DNA of 63,697 nucleotides, counting the filler, from Choristocarpus tenellus KU-1152 (Eukaryota > Protista > Phaeophyceae): assembly GCA_964200185.2 (NCBI GenBank). It is 7 parts of 7 records of this genome, joined end to end, with 100 filler letters (N's around TTAATTAATTAA, not from the genome) between each part and the next. Parts side by side here need not be neighbours in the genome. Positions count along the whole stretch, not along the records: positions 1 to 13,456 come from CAXNAD020001488.1; 6 more parts are not named here. One strand, given 5' to 3'. Within the stretch, counting starts at the first letter, position 1, and each line of letters starts with the position of its first letter. Below, piece after piece: positions 1-13,556 of this stretch. A program made the position numbers and the translations under genes. The notes under the pieces were generated by a model. It did not search any database. It was given only the letters and a program-made list of their open reading frames with translations, and had not been told where the DNA came from.

Positions 1-787
1 TTTGGGTGGGTGGGGGGGGGGGGGATGGTAAGGGCCTTTGGGGGGGGGGGGGGCCAAACGGTGCCCCCGGGGTTGGACCCCCCCCCCCCCCCCCCCCAGA
101 TACTTTGAGCCTTTGCTCCAGGTCTTAGTGGCAATGAGGGGTGTAAGAGGAGTGCAGTGGGCACCTCCTATTTTCAGAGAGATTGTAGGAGACTCTTACT
201 CAAGAGGTGGTGGATACAGAGCTCCTACAAATATTTTCAAGATACCTTAGCGACGACCTGTCACAGCAAAAAGTGTGACAGCAATTTCAGTGTATACCTG
301 CTTAGCCAAAACTTTGTGTCAAGTAAAGGTCCACATATGTGATCAAGCCCTCAATGAATAGAGGAGGTAAAGCCATTGTTAGAAGTATTTTTTTCAAATT
401 GTGTTGGAGTGTGCCCTTTAACGTCTCAATATGAATCAGGGTCTATTCCTACAACATTTGGAGACGATAGGTTTGATTCGACCAGCTACTTTGAGACACA
501 ATACAACACTGCCCAAGAGAGATCAAGGTTCTTGGATGGTGTAATGGGGTTTGCGGAGTTCAAGTTCATGTTGTGGCTAACTTTGTCCCATAAGAGAGCT
601 CTTATTCCCGGCTCATTGAATGCACAATGGTTGGGATGATGGATATTGGTGCTTGTGAGTAGAAGCAAAACACATCAAAACAGTTCTTGATCCTGGTGAA
701 ACCTGCCTTACATCATTATCTTCAAACCCTAGGGTGGCTTGTGTCGTGCTCTGACCATCCTGAAATAAATGTGAGCCATGGTATGGC

Positions 788-900
788 ACGGTACTTTAAC
801 ACGGTACTTTAACACGGTACTTTAACATGGTACTTTAACATGGTACTTTAACACGGTACTTTAACACGGTACTTTAACACAGTACTTTAACACGGTACTT
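788..900. repeat. 13-bp minisatellite (CACGGTACTTTAA) x ~8.5
   Basis: Direct tandem copies read from the sequence, with a few C/T and G/A variants. Confidence 0.95.
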
Positions 901-1296
901 TATCAGGAAGTAAAAAAATAGCTAGTATAGGGCATCATTTTGATCTGCCTAAACGGAACCGGTATATTTGAGAAGCAATGTAAAAAAGCATACCTTTGCT
1001 TGAAGTGTTTCTGTTTTTGACCTGGGCGACCTTGTTAATCTTTGTTGCCCCAACAAGACCTTGACAATTACCCTGGAGCTTCATTTTTCACAGCAATGTA
1101 CATTGTTTCAGAGCGAGTGGGATGACCAACTCATGAGGAAGGGTATCTACAGTGGCTACAATGTCAACCTGAAGAAGTGGCAGCTGGGAATATCCCTAAC
1201 CCTTGTCAGGATGAGTCTGCTTGTGCAAATACGATCCTGACATTGTTTCTCTACATCGGGAGTTCTAGCCAGTGCGTAACTTTGACCGCTTAAGGC

Positions 1297-1503
1297 GTTG
1301 TTGGAATACAGGTTGTTGGAATACAGGTTGTTGGAATACAGGTTGTTGGAATACAGGTTGTTGGCAAACAGGTTGTTGGCAAACAGGTTGTTGGAATACA
1401 GGTTGTTGGAATACTGGTTGTTGGAATACAGGTTGTTGGAATACAGGTTGTTGGAATACAGGTTGTTGGAATACAGGTTGTTGGCATACAGGTTGTTGGC
1501 ATA
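1297..1503. repeat. 15-bp minisatellite (GTTGTTGGAATACAG) x ~14
   Basis: Tandem array, with variant units GTTGTTGGCAAACAG and GTTGTTGGCATACAG. It produces the repetitive ORFs in five frames of the ORF track. Confidence 0.95.
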
Positions 1504-4100
1504 TAAGGTCACAGTCACTAAGGAAGTGTTGATTGACACCATAGTCGCACATTTGAAGACAAACCCATACTTTTTAAATCTTTGTTACTACATTCCACAC
1601 CACCATGTGTCATAAAGGACTATAGGCTTTGTTAGGGTCAGGCAAGTGGGGCACTGGCATGTCACCAGGGTAGGGATGGGATCATCGGCTCCTTAGCTGG
1701 TGGTGCTGGAGTTGGTTGGTGGCGCCCATCAGCATATGTAGGGTTGAACGGTACTCCAGGATTCTCGTTGACCTTGCACAGAAAGGTGGTAGAGTCACAT
1801 CTTGTTCATTTGAGGAGGAAGGGAAGCATTAGCTTTGCAACAAGAACATTTTAATATGTGATATAATCACATTAACATTGGGATTGGAACATTCAGCCAA
1901 GTTCAAAGTATTAAAAACTTTGCAAAAAGTAGCGTGTGGGTTCAAAATATGTTGTACTGGTCCCTAGAGAATCTACCGGCCCAATGAAGAGTTCCTATTC
2001 AAGAGTTCTTAATGCCAACCCCTACAGTAATAGTGTTTAAGCAATTGCTTTGCACAGAAGCTATGACTGGTTGAGGCTAGGCTGCAAGAACTGACTCAGA
2101 CCGAAGGGCATATCACACTTACATATCACTGTTGTTATGAGGCCATTTCCACCACTGCCTCTCTTGCTCTCCCAAGGCAAGCACCAACACAGAGCATGTC
2201 AATCTGCTTCACTATGTTAGCATCTGCAAAACTGAGGTCGCTTCGCCAACCCTGCTCAATGGGATAGGTTTTCTTCAGGCCCCATTTGAGAAAAAAACAG
2301 CCATGTCTTACCTTGCACCTGTCAAATCTAGGCATGAGCACGCAAAAGCCATATCCTTCCAAGGTCATCTATCATTACTGAATAGAAGATCACCATTTTA
2401 TATGAGGGGACTGTAGTAAGTAAGGTTTGACTGACAGACATCCTGATATATTGTTCTAAAATAGCAAAAGAACATGCCTGCTAAGATACACAGATGAAAA
2501 CAATAATAAGAAAACACAGTAATTATGCACTGTGCTCTTGATGTCCACTTCCGGTAACCCTAGAAGCTGCTCCAACAATGTCTTATTTAAGTGGATGCCA
2601 GTGGTTGACTGGGTTGTGGTCAGCAGTGAATGTTGATTTCAACAACTGTAACTGTCACCCTGAATAAGTTATTCATCATTAATAAGTTATTCATCATTGA
2701 CAGCTAGAAGATGTGGTTGTGTGAGATGTGCACCACTTTAGACCTGTCGACAGATTAAGACAATAGCTGCTTCTCCAATTTGTTCGACCACCAAAATTTT
2801 GCAATAAAGAAACATATCTTCGGTCATGTGAATCAAAAAGAGGTCCATTTGGATCCAAAGTTAATGTCCTTTTCTTAGGCGAGCCACCACGTAATCCGAG
2901 AAACTAGCTCCCTGATCTCCATTGACTAATAAGTGGGAGTCAGCAAGAGAGTTGGATGGTATGATGCTTGTCATGGACAACATAAGGTCTACTTGGAAGT
3001 GCGTTCAATTTCTTGAGCACTTTCTGTATTGCTGACAGAGATCATCCCCCATAGTGAAACAAGAGAGAATACAACCAACACGCAATTGTTGTTGTTTCTC
3101 TCTGTACAGGTAACAAACAGTTATCAAAGTATAACTTACTCTTACACTCCAAGAATTTCAGAGTTTTCTGTTTGATCACACAAGAGGACTCACTGCGTGC
3201 CATCAGTGTCTTGGATTGTGTGTGTTTTTGTGTTTTGGTTTAGTTGACGGTACAATATAACTAGGAATGAAACTGTTGACAATATACCATATACCTGCAA
3301 CTAATCTTACCGTTCATAGTAAAATTTATAGGGTTGGGTATAACAAAATACCACTCAGTCAACTGCCAATTTTCAACTCAGAAAAAATCGCGAATTTCTG
3401 GATTAGTCAGTGGCCCGCCTGTTGAAAATGCATATACTCAGGCTATCTATTACTACGTAGTACATTGATGTGTACCGACACCAGAACATATCTGTGGGCC
3501 CCATAGACGAAGAAGACAGTAGACAGACACTATAGGAGAGATAATGCTAATTTGGCCTCTTGATCTCAACTTGCACCATGCAGCGGTTTTGGTCTGAGCA
3601 AAGCTAGCTTCATCATGGCCGTTGTCACAGCTTTGAGTGTATGGTACCACCAGACTCTACAAATTTTGAAATTTCTCAAACTCAATTTGAATGTATCATG
3701 TCACAGTAATGTATTTAGAGAGGGATCTGAAAGGTAAGGCCCCTCTGTACAATGACTTTTGGATAACAATACCTTTTGATAATAGTGCACAACACAACCA
3801 GCATTTGTTCGTGTCAAGAAAGTCCAAAACAGGAGCTAGCCTCCAAAACAAGGTTGTTACCACAAATCTCCCGACTATCCCATAGCTATTTGCACTCAAC
3901 CTCCAACTGATCAACACTGCTGCATCATACTCCATTCCAACCTGCCCCTCCTCTCTCCTGGGTGATAGCTTATCAGGTGTAATCATATCCCGCCTTCCAA
4001 GGTTACAACAATCAAAGAAATCAGGGATCCTAACACCATTTCTGACCAAGGCAGAAAAAATATATATCCTGCCTGGTGTCTCCACCTTTCTTTGTTGCAG

Positions 4101-4535
4101 GTTAAAGATACCCGTTGCCAACCTTCACAATTAGTGATACCCCACACCATCGAAGCAAGTGAGTCTGGTGAGACACGGTGGGTCCACGGAGGAATGGGGA
4201 CGCTGATAGTTGAGGATGAAAGAGAGGGAGGTGTGTGCCTGGATGGATTGGTTGGAATACAAAACGAGAAGGAGAGGGAAGGGACGGGGAGTTCGTTGCA
4301 CAGCAACATGAGTGAGAGCATGGTCCCTCCAGATGAGAAAATAGACACTGAGACCCACAGCGATGAGGATGGGCAGGCAGAGAAGAGGGACCGCGAACTG
4401 GGGGAGGACAAGGACGGTGATCTATCAGAGATGATGAAAAACCTTGCTGTGGCACTCTACCAGAAGGGTGGAGATATTGAGGAGGTGGAGGAAAATAGTG
4501 TGGAAAATGAGACAGTGGAGGTAGAAGATATCTGA
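4101..4535 (+). CDS. Possible terminal exon of an unidentified gene (acidic, low-complexity C-terminus)
   Basis: Pyrimidine-rich acceptor TTTCTTTGTTGCAG ends at 4100, followed by 144 open, E/D-rich codons to TGA. No family recognised. Upstream exons are uncertain (candidates ~440-540 and ~1112-1142). Confidence 0.35.
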   Translation, partial: VKDTRCQPSQLVIPHTIEASESGETRWVHGGMGTLIVEDEREGGVCLDGLVGIQNEKEREGTGSSLHSNMSESMVPPDEKIDTETHSDEDGQAEKRDRELGEDKDGDLSEMMKNLAVALYQKGGDIEEVEENSVENETVEVEDI

Positions 4536-7500
4536 GTTATTGCATCCATAGCACAAGCTTTGGAGGAGTGAGGGAGGGGAAAGAAATGCCACTGGCATCC
4601 CCAACATAGTTGTACAATTATACCTCAAACATTGTATGCCCCAATATATGGTTAGCACAGATGTATGGTGGGTAGTCGATACGAGGGACATCTTTGTTGG
4701 TGAGTCACTGACCATGACTCTCTCACACACAACCACATACCATAGTATTGCAAAATGTGGAAAGTGGTGCATCAGGTTTCTTTCATGTACAAGTGCTTTG
4801 AAAGTATAGCATGAATAGCATGAACAGCACGAACAGTATGAAGAAAGTTTTAGTTCTAGTCTAGTGCTCTGGTTGCATAGATAGGTTTACAAAGCCTGTT
4901 TGTTGCCCTCTCTGCAGAGATCCCATCCATGCAAGCATTCATCTGATTTTTTTTTAAACACTGTTTTTTCTCGTCTGAGCCTGTCATATCATTGATCATT
5001 AATGCTTTGCAAAACAATTATGTCTGCCAGCCAACCCTCAAAAGTAAAAAGTTAGGCTCAGTTTTCTCATGGCTACTCCATATCCTACCTGGTGAAAATC
5101 GAACAGTGCAATATCGCACATTGAGAGGATCATTGCTGAGATTCCCACATAGAGGACATGAATGTACTGTCCACTCTACCTTTCCTAGAGAATGCAAGCG
5201 TATTTGTTGACTGTCACTGTGATGGCCAATATATAGGCAAAATAGTATTTGGAGTTTGATATACAGTTATACATACATAAATGTATGTCCAAGATAGCAT
5301 GTTGAAATATATGTAAGCATGGAAAACAACTCACATAGAATACTTCAAGAGTTTCTACTGAATTTCCAAAATCATACTTGTCAATCAGGCTTACGTGTGA
5401 ATTGTAGAAAAATATTTTGCTTCTTCACTTCTCGTTTGTACTTCCTCTTCAAGCAAGCTCAACGTGTATGGTCTCAATCGCTCTCTTCCCCACAACAGCC
5501 TCCAAAGAATTCAGCAGCCCATTGTAGCAGAAAAGTCTTGAGCAATACGGCACAACACAACAACCCCTCACCAGTGCTCCTACTGCAGGTGCACAATTAG
5601 AGTATGCTACAAGTAGTCATGCTTAAATAGTACGAATGGCTATTTCTTTTGCCAACAACATAAACTTAATGCCACATCAACTCAGCAGGATTATTGCACC
5701 TGTGTAACAAGCCCACACCCCTCTAATTAGTTGTTTGTATAGACTCCTCAATTGAGAACAATTGATTTTACGAGATCGGGTTTTGAAGGAACTTCACGTA
5801 ATAAAGAAAAGTGAACGTAGAGTTACGACTTGAGGAACCATATGATTAATTAAACCTTGCATGATTTTTTTTGTGTCATGTAAGGATCTTTACCACAGGC
5901 TACATATATAGTAAAAATAATATCCACCACTTTGCGCCTGGTGGTAACTACTAGAACCATACACATTGGACTGAAAGTCATCACCTGTACTCACACTCAA
6001 TGTTGAACACTTTGCATCCAATCATTGTGCTCGACAATAATGGACGCAATTGCCCTTCCGCTCATTACACGCTAGACAAAATAACAACCACAGCTACCCA
6101 CAAACTTAACGTGTAATGTCTTTGCCCAATCAAATCGTCTACCTTAAACTTCGATCTCATTCACGCCCTCAACCCATGACTGTACATAAATCTCTGACTT
6201 TGTGATGAAATCTGATTTTTGTGACCCCTTCGAGATGAAGAACTCCCTTCTTTGCAGCCTAACACTTCTAGTCATTTATAACTTACAACTTTATTACTGT
6301 TTTGATATATTTGCTTCAAAGGACCTGTGAAGATCACATTTTTTAGAATCATGCAAACACTGCATTTTTTGTGAAGGGGTGGAATGATGTTTGTTTACTG
6401 CTTTTTCGGGTGCTTTCTAGACTCACAATTTTCTTCATGGACCCCAACATAAATTGTTATGTGTACATAGTTGGAGAGTACTCATGTTTCAGTGGAAGGT
6501 ATTTGTAGGGGCCAGTTCCTGCATGAATATTAAGGGTACAAACTCTGTTGATGCTAGACTTCTTCTCATGGGAATCTGGTTTTGAATATTATCTGAAGTC
6601 CACCCTTCAAACACTACAGATTTATTAACGAAATGAAAAACATTGCTGTTAATTGAAACAAGGCTTGCCGTGCATCACGAACATATATATTACTATAACT
6701 ATTACTCCAGAGTATGAAGGCTTGTTAACGTGATCACCTCTCTCTCTTATCTCAATAGGGAACAAGCTTTTATATGCATTGGACTCAGCAGGCAGCAAAA
6801 CAATAAAGATGCATATACTATCGGTAGTATAATATATAGTATAATATAAACTAGATAGAGCACAGTAACATGGACTCAAAATATTTCTCTCACTGCCACT
6901 CCTCTGCATGGTCAAAAGTTGACTTGGCCTGCCAAGCAAGACACAGAAGCGTGAATTCTGTGTCTATCACACCTAAGTTCAAAAACACATCACTCCACCA
7001 CCCCAGAGCAAGGGAGTGACTGGGGTCATGATATCAGACATGCAAGAGGAATAAATCAACATAAATGCTACTCTCTCATCAGTGATCAACGCAGTAGGAA
7101 CCCGACACCCTCATCTGCACAAAGGGGAAATCAGCCTCCCTTGCATGGAAACTATCGCTGTTTCTATCACCCCACCATTGGAGTCAACCAAAAGACAAAC
7201 CCCACAACGTCACCAACAAATAAAACAACACTCAATAGTCAGTTCCTCCATTGCTCATTGTACTCAAGTGAGATGCGAGAATCATCCCACTGATCACAGA
7301 CAGGTGTTGCCAACCACAAAATTTCTCATTCTTAACACAGCTAGTGTCTCCACAGATCAACACTGTTCAAATCCCCTGTGCTCTACTATAAAGTTCTGTA
7401 CTCTTTGACTTGGGGGGGAGGGGGGGGATTCTCAGGATGGACCCCTTAGTCTGTCCTTGCAGCCAGGTGTTGGATTTGTGTCACAAACTGAAGGTACAGT

Positions 7501-7857
7501 GTTCAACAAAGGCAAAATCCCAGAAGAGAGTAAAGATCGCAAACTTGAGATTAAACACGCCAACATGCTGATACCTCCTTTTCCGTATCAACCAAGCAGA
7601 TACAGTGGCATTCAACAATCAGGTGCACTTCCTCCCCAACAAACAGCAAAATTTGTCTGATCTTACATTGACGTGTCCCCCAAACATTGTTCCTCTTCAG
7701 AGTGACCACCCACAGGGAGTTACAGCAGTTACTCAAACCCATCCTCCTGACCTGACCTTCCTCTACACTAGCACAAAGAACTTATTCCCAAGACATTGTT
7801 TCTATTCCACAGATTGACACTCCCTGTATCAATAGTACCAATTCTTGAAGAGTTAGA

Positions 7858-10800
7858 TCAGAAATCTACCCCTAGGGCACCCGCCATGGCAGCATCTATG
7901 TTAGCCACTCCTTCATCCATTCCCTGAGCTTTGTCGCCCTTGCCGCCGCCTTTACCCTTACCTCCTACAAGTTCTAATACGCCCTATTGATGGTGGTGAT
8001 GGGAAGGAAAAAAAGATGCACACATTAGAGAGTGCAACACAGGACACATGGAGCAAAGTCAGAAGAGGGAAGAAGCATATCAAAGAGTTGTCTTGCATTT
8101 GTGACATTGAATCTCTTAGGCATATACTGCACTACACACCAGGATAAAATGTATGTCCAAGAAGTGTCAGGCATCATTCAGTTGACATATCACCCACCAG
8201 ATATACACTCTCTGCTCTTGTTCTACTGTACATTGCACATAAAAATAAATACTTCAGCCAAATGCAGGGGTGTTATCACATGCTACAATGTTGCAAAATT
8301 ACACTCTTGAATCAAGAGTCCACAAACAAAAGGCTTCTGGATTGGAGGTGGTTTTTCCAAGGAATCTATCCCATTAGAGTGATCTTTTAAACTTGTCTGC
8401 ATGCATGCTCAAATCAAAGTCTGGTGGAGATTTAATAAGACTCTCCCATACACTACAATTGATAATTTAAAAGTGGCAAGGCAACTAAACTGTACTACTG
8501 TGTTGTGATAATCAAATGCACTAGAGGGTCTTCTCAAATGTGAGTCCAAGTGGTTCAAGTGCTGCCCAATAACAGGTGTTCAAAAAAAGAACCACAACTT
8601 TACCTGTACACTGAAAGAGGTACTATTAACCATCTCACTGAATCATCACTTGGTTGGGTTCTATTCATCTCTATTAATTTCTCCTTGTTGCGAGTGCATG
8701 GTACAAACATTGAACAAAAGCCAAGTAAAGAAGAAGGGTACACTCAAACATACTGCTTTCCAATGTTGTCCACTGCTGCTCTCAAAAGCAAAGCAAATGT
8801 TTCACTTTCAGTGCCACTGACTGCTACTGCCATCATATCACCCCTCTTTCCATACACTTTCGTCAAAACACCAGAAAAAAAAAGAAGAGGAGCTGAAACA
8901 CAAAGTAGAAGGTACAAACACTTCTGTATCCAGTGCAAACGATTCCATAGTTATCAAGTACAGCGCTAGTAACATAGGTACAGTACTAAGTACTAGAAGT
9001 AGCACCTAGTATGGTACAATACAAACATCAACAAACCTTGACAGTAAGGCAAGCAGGCAAGCAGGGCGACAAACAGCTCACTATCTCAACGGAAGAAGTT
9101 GCCAAAATCCTTTCTTACCTTAACCCATTTGCTGGCATCTCTTCCTTTTGCCTTTGAACCAGGGATGGCAGCAATGCAAATCCAACGGTCCGAAAGGACA
9201 TCAGCAGTGAACAGCATGAAGGCGTCCTGTACCACCAACAACAAACACAAGGCATGACACATGACAAGGTTCAACAAAGCAGTCAAGGAGGCGTGAATTA
9301 CAGAGTACAGAACTACTACATCAAATTTTGCCATGGCCTTGTACCACAGGTATGAACCTCCTCCATACAGTCCATAGACTGTTGACACATAATGTGCATG
9401 TCATATTGATACACTGATTGCCGATATATCAACATCTCTGAAACGAAATGTCACAGTTGTGTGGAAGATGTTGAGTATTTCAACACAACATCAATGAATA
9501 TAGTGGTCATGCTTGCATGCGATTTCACGAGCTGTGCCTTACCAAAAGAGTACCAGTGAACATTGATGACAGTGACCATTCAAGGGAAAAAAAGCAATAA
9601 TCTACTTCAATGCAGGCTAGACAAAAGATCTTCTGGCACTGTCTCTCTCACATCATCAACACAACAAAACACACTCCCACATGACTAAAATGTAAGAATC
9701 GTAGCTGACGCTAAATTTGAACTTGAAGATGAATACCCAGTCCTGTTTTGTAAGCATATAATACAACACCACTCACCAAGCTTCAAGAGATTGTTGGAAA
9801 TATTGTGAGGCAAACACCATACAAATAGACAGTCCATCCCTTTTCAACCCACCCCACCCAGTACCACTTACCACCTCAGGGAAACCTTTGGCCACCTTAT
9901 CCAGTACCTTGGTAGCCGCCTTGACATCAACGCCAAAGTCCGCACGGAAAACCATCTGGAGGCGTTGTTTGTTGGGCAATGAATCAATGCTGAGAGCCTT
10001 GATTACACCGCACATGACAAAAAAATAACCCAACCAATACTGTAGAACAATAAAAAACATTCCGGGTAGGTGATAGTTGTGGCAGCTAAATTGCAACCAG
10101 TCCATAAAGTAATAGCTGCCACAGTCACAACAGGACGGATGATGCAAGGTTGTATGATCACTTAAGAGTCTTTGCATTACGTACCCCTTCTTAAGGAACA
10201 AACAAACTTTTGGGGTGTGGAGGTTGGGTTGGGTCACAGTGGCGTCTATCCCTGACCTCTCACAAAAATCTGCAACATTCAGTGTTTCTCTGTCCTTTGA
10301 CCCTCACCACTTTTTGGTCAGCACTCTTAGCTTTCTCAGCTTCTTCTGTGCCCTTCATCACTGCCTGGCTAACCCTCTCCTCCGTCACCTTCTTCTTGAT
10401 GGCTTTGGCCTGATAACATGAATATTAATGACATGAATATGAATATTAATGACATGAATATGAATATGAATAACATTAATAACAGGAGAGTGCACACACC
10501 AAAAACTTAAAATGAAGTCAGAGAAGGTCTATAGTGGACAACTTAACCCTAACCCTAACCCTAATGAGAGGAAAACACTGTGGTTGAAAAACCTGTGGGT
10601 TCCAACCTGAAGCACTCATCGATAGAGAGCAGACACATCTGCTTTCAAACTACATAATTTACCTTCTATTTTGATTGAGTGATAAGTCCATCCATTCCAG
10701 TATGTCACATACCTTCTGAAAGAGAGCATTCTGCCTCTGCCGGAAGCTGTACTTGGTTGAAGCGGACATGGTCAAAGTGTCCAGCTCTGCCCCCAGTCGC

Positions 10801-13456
10801 CTCACCTGGTTCAACAAAGAACATCATCGTTAATCTGGTCTTGACATACGCTTTAATTGCTGTGAACAATAGTATTAATAAATCTGGCGAGATGAACTAT
10901 AGGGACCAAGGCTTCCGAGCAGGGTACTAAATTGTCAGTTCTGGTGGAATGGAGTAACTAACTACTGTCAAAGAAGCTTATGATGATATGAACCATTGAA
11001 CATATGCCGCCATCGATATATACACATCTAATATCATACTGATCCACCAATCCCCCCCAGTATCTGGTTTCCAGAAATCCCCAATTTGACCTTTGAAACC
11101 ATTGACCTGACTATCTATTTTTTTTTAATCTTTGGTACTTTTCTTTTGAGAGAATGAACACTTACCTTTACCCAAGGTAAAAAAAGGAGTCAAATAGATT
11201 AAATAGATCCAATAGACCGTATGCAGATAGTTTGATGGGACACACATAAATGCATCAGGTACAGGCGTAAGTTGATTCAGGAATGACAAAACACAAACCA
11301 AATCAGTCTAATGATAGCAAGTAAACATAGCAACCTTCACTTAGAGTCAAGCAAAGTCTAGGAACACAGATCAATTGGGTACATTTTGAGGGATAGAATA
11401 GTACTTAGTTGCAATGCCTGTGCATGGAATGGCTGAACCTACTCACAGCTCCACATACAAAAACGCATTTTAATGATATGTTCGAGCCTACTGATATAAT
11501 AGCATCTCTACCGATCATGACAAAGCAAACCTCAAACTCAAATAATTTCATAGAAATGAGGATTCTTGTCTTGATGTAGTGGCACAATTTGTTTAAAAAT
11601 AAAACCAAAATAGGCCCTGTGCACCACTGGGTGGGAGGTGTAACCTAAGTTAGACATCACCTTTCCAACGGTGAGAACCACCCCCCATCATGTCCATCCC
11701 CATACACATGCATTGTTAATAGTCAAGTAAAGTGGGATGAAATAACCACTCTTCATGTCCTGTCAAATTCAAAGTGTATTTGTTGTCCACCCAAACCTGT
11801 CCTAGTTCCCAAGCATCCACAACTCACCAATCAAAAGCTTTACTACAACATACTGATTTCGAAGGAGTTTCTTTGTGACGGGGAACATTCCATACACTGG
11901 ATGTGTTGCCCAACTCATAGCATTCGCAGAGCACATTGTAATCTTTTGGTCGGTCTTGATTGAACCAACATGTACAATACTCCCAGCAACACAACACCAG
12001 TCAAACACAAAAAAATCCCTCAGTGCTTTATTTGATAAATGGCAAAAAATAACAGTACTTGAGGATCTCCTACTACTACATTTTTCCTACCTCGGCATCC
12101 AAGGAGATGTCCTCAAAGAGATCTGCAGCCTTGAGCTGTATCTCATAGGCATCAGCAACTCGTTTAGCTTCTCCTGCCACACCACGAGTGACACCAACAA
12201 TCCGTCGAATGCCCTTGGCCACTGGGGACTGCGCAGTCATTTAATAGCATTGAGAATTTTATCACACACACAACTCATGCTGGACTGGGACTATGGCTGA
12301 TGTTGTGAAAAAAGGCTATAAACATGGGCAAAAATACAGTATACACCCTGTTTAATACAACAAGCCAATCAGAGTGCCTCTGTTATTACACCTTGCCAAT
12401 AGACACTTGTCAGATGTTTAATGACAGACTAGCAGCACAGATAGCAACCTTTTCTTGTTACAGGGGGATATGGTACAGTGTCTGTTACATGGTACAGTAA
12501 CTGTTGTAGAGGAAGGTCTTTGTTGCAAGCGTTCCCCCTCGGTGGTATCTGTTAGTACACTCTCACGTGTTTCTTTCTCCTTCCTCCATGACAACATGTG
12601 TAAAATGTTTCTAGAAATAAAAAAAAAGTATCAATGCAAAGGACTACTAAGATATGCATCCTAACTCCACCTGTTGTGAACAAAAGGATACTGTTGTGTG
12701 AATTCAGTTTTCTTGTACTCTAGGTTGTGTAGGAAGTGTGAAAATGTAATTCAGCTCTTGAAATAAATCAAACGTGGTGTTGGGTTGCCCATTGAACAGG
12801 TTGAAGATATAAATACTTTTCATGAACGGTCACTCCCCTTATCCTCAAAACACAATAAATGTATCATCTGTGTTACGAATGCATCTACAAAAATTTTCAA
12901 TCAAGGACCACAAACAATTTAAACCCACACATATATAGATGGCAAAGTGCAGATTTTACTGACTTTGAAGGAAAAGAAACAGGAGTAGAGTACAGATACA
13001 CATGATAAAGCACTTCAAAGAGTAGGCTATTGATACATGATAACCACTAACCCTAACCCTAAGTATAGGATAAAGGAAAAGACAGAATCAAAACACAGTC
13101 AACACAGTCAACACAAATATACAGAGAAAAAGAAGTGAGACCCCAAGAAAAGATCCTCAAGTGTATCTACATAAATGAACACACACCCCACTCACAAAAC
13201 AAAAAAAAACTCCACAATACGCCCTGCTGTAGGCCATGGTCTGTAAGCCATGGTCTCATACACGTACACCTCAAACTAGTAACACCAACGAACTTACATT
13301 CAGGGCAATTGACCATTGAGTGCAGTGCAGAATACAACCCATGGTACTCAAACCTCTTAGTAGGCAAGTATAGTCAAAACCTAGAACCATCAGTAACCCC
13401 CCGCCCCCCAGCCTCTCCCCCATCGACATCTTACTTCCTCCAGTATGGCAAAGGAC
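7858..13456 (-). CDS. AARS: Alanyl-tRNA synthetase, 3' part (end of tRNA_SAD editing domain plus C-Ala/DHHA1 domain); 5' part lost at assembly gap
   Basis: Hand-spliced GT-AG exons on the minus strand: 13456-13435 (SFAILEE), 12228-12091 (SPVAKGIRRIVGVTRG...), 10805-10713, 10409-10308, 9955-9872 (FRADFGVDVKAATKV), 9226-9119 (...DASKWVK), 7983-7858 (LELVGGKGKGGGKGDKAQG...stop). EExxAKGIRRI and the GGKGGG-like loop are hallmark AlaRS motifs. The frame is kept throughout. Confidence 0.92.
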
Positions 13457-13556
13457 NNNNNNNNNNNNNNNNNNNNNNNNNNNNNNNNNNNNNNNNNNNN
13501 TTAATTAATTAANNNNNNNNNNNNNNNNNNNNNNNNNNNNNNNNNNNNNNNNNNNN
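13457..13556. other. Artificial contig spacer 1
   Basis: 44 N + TTAATTAATTAA (stops in all six frames) + 44 N. It cuts an AlaRS exon. Confidence 0.98.

Noticed and set aside
1156-1615. Five overlapping repetitive ORFs (NNLYS, QQPVF, NTGCW, PTTCI, LLEYR repeats)
   Set aside because: All come from one stop-free 15-bp minisatellite; there is no evidence of coding function.
8744-8938. Exon-like stretch inside the last AlaRS intron
   Set aside because: The flanking exons already join in frame into a sensible DHHA1 domain, and the peptide is unrecognised.
13501-13512. TTAATTAATTAA palindrome recurring six times
   Set aside because: It is an artificial linker centred in N runs.
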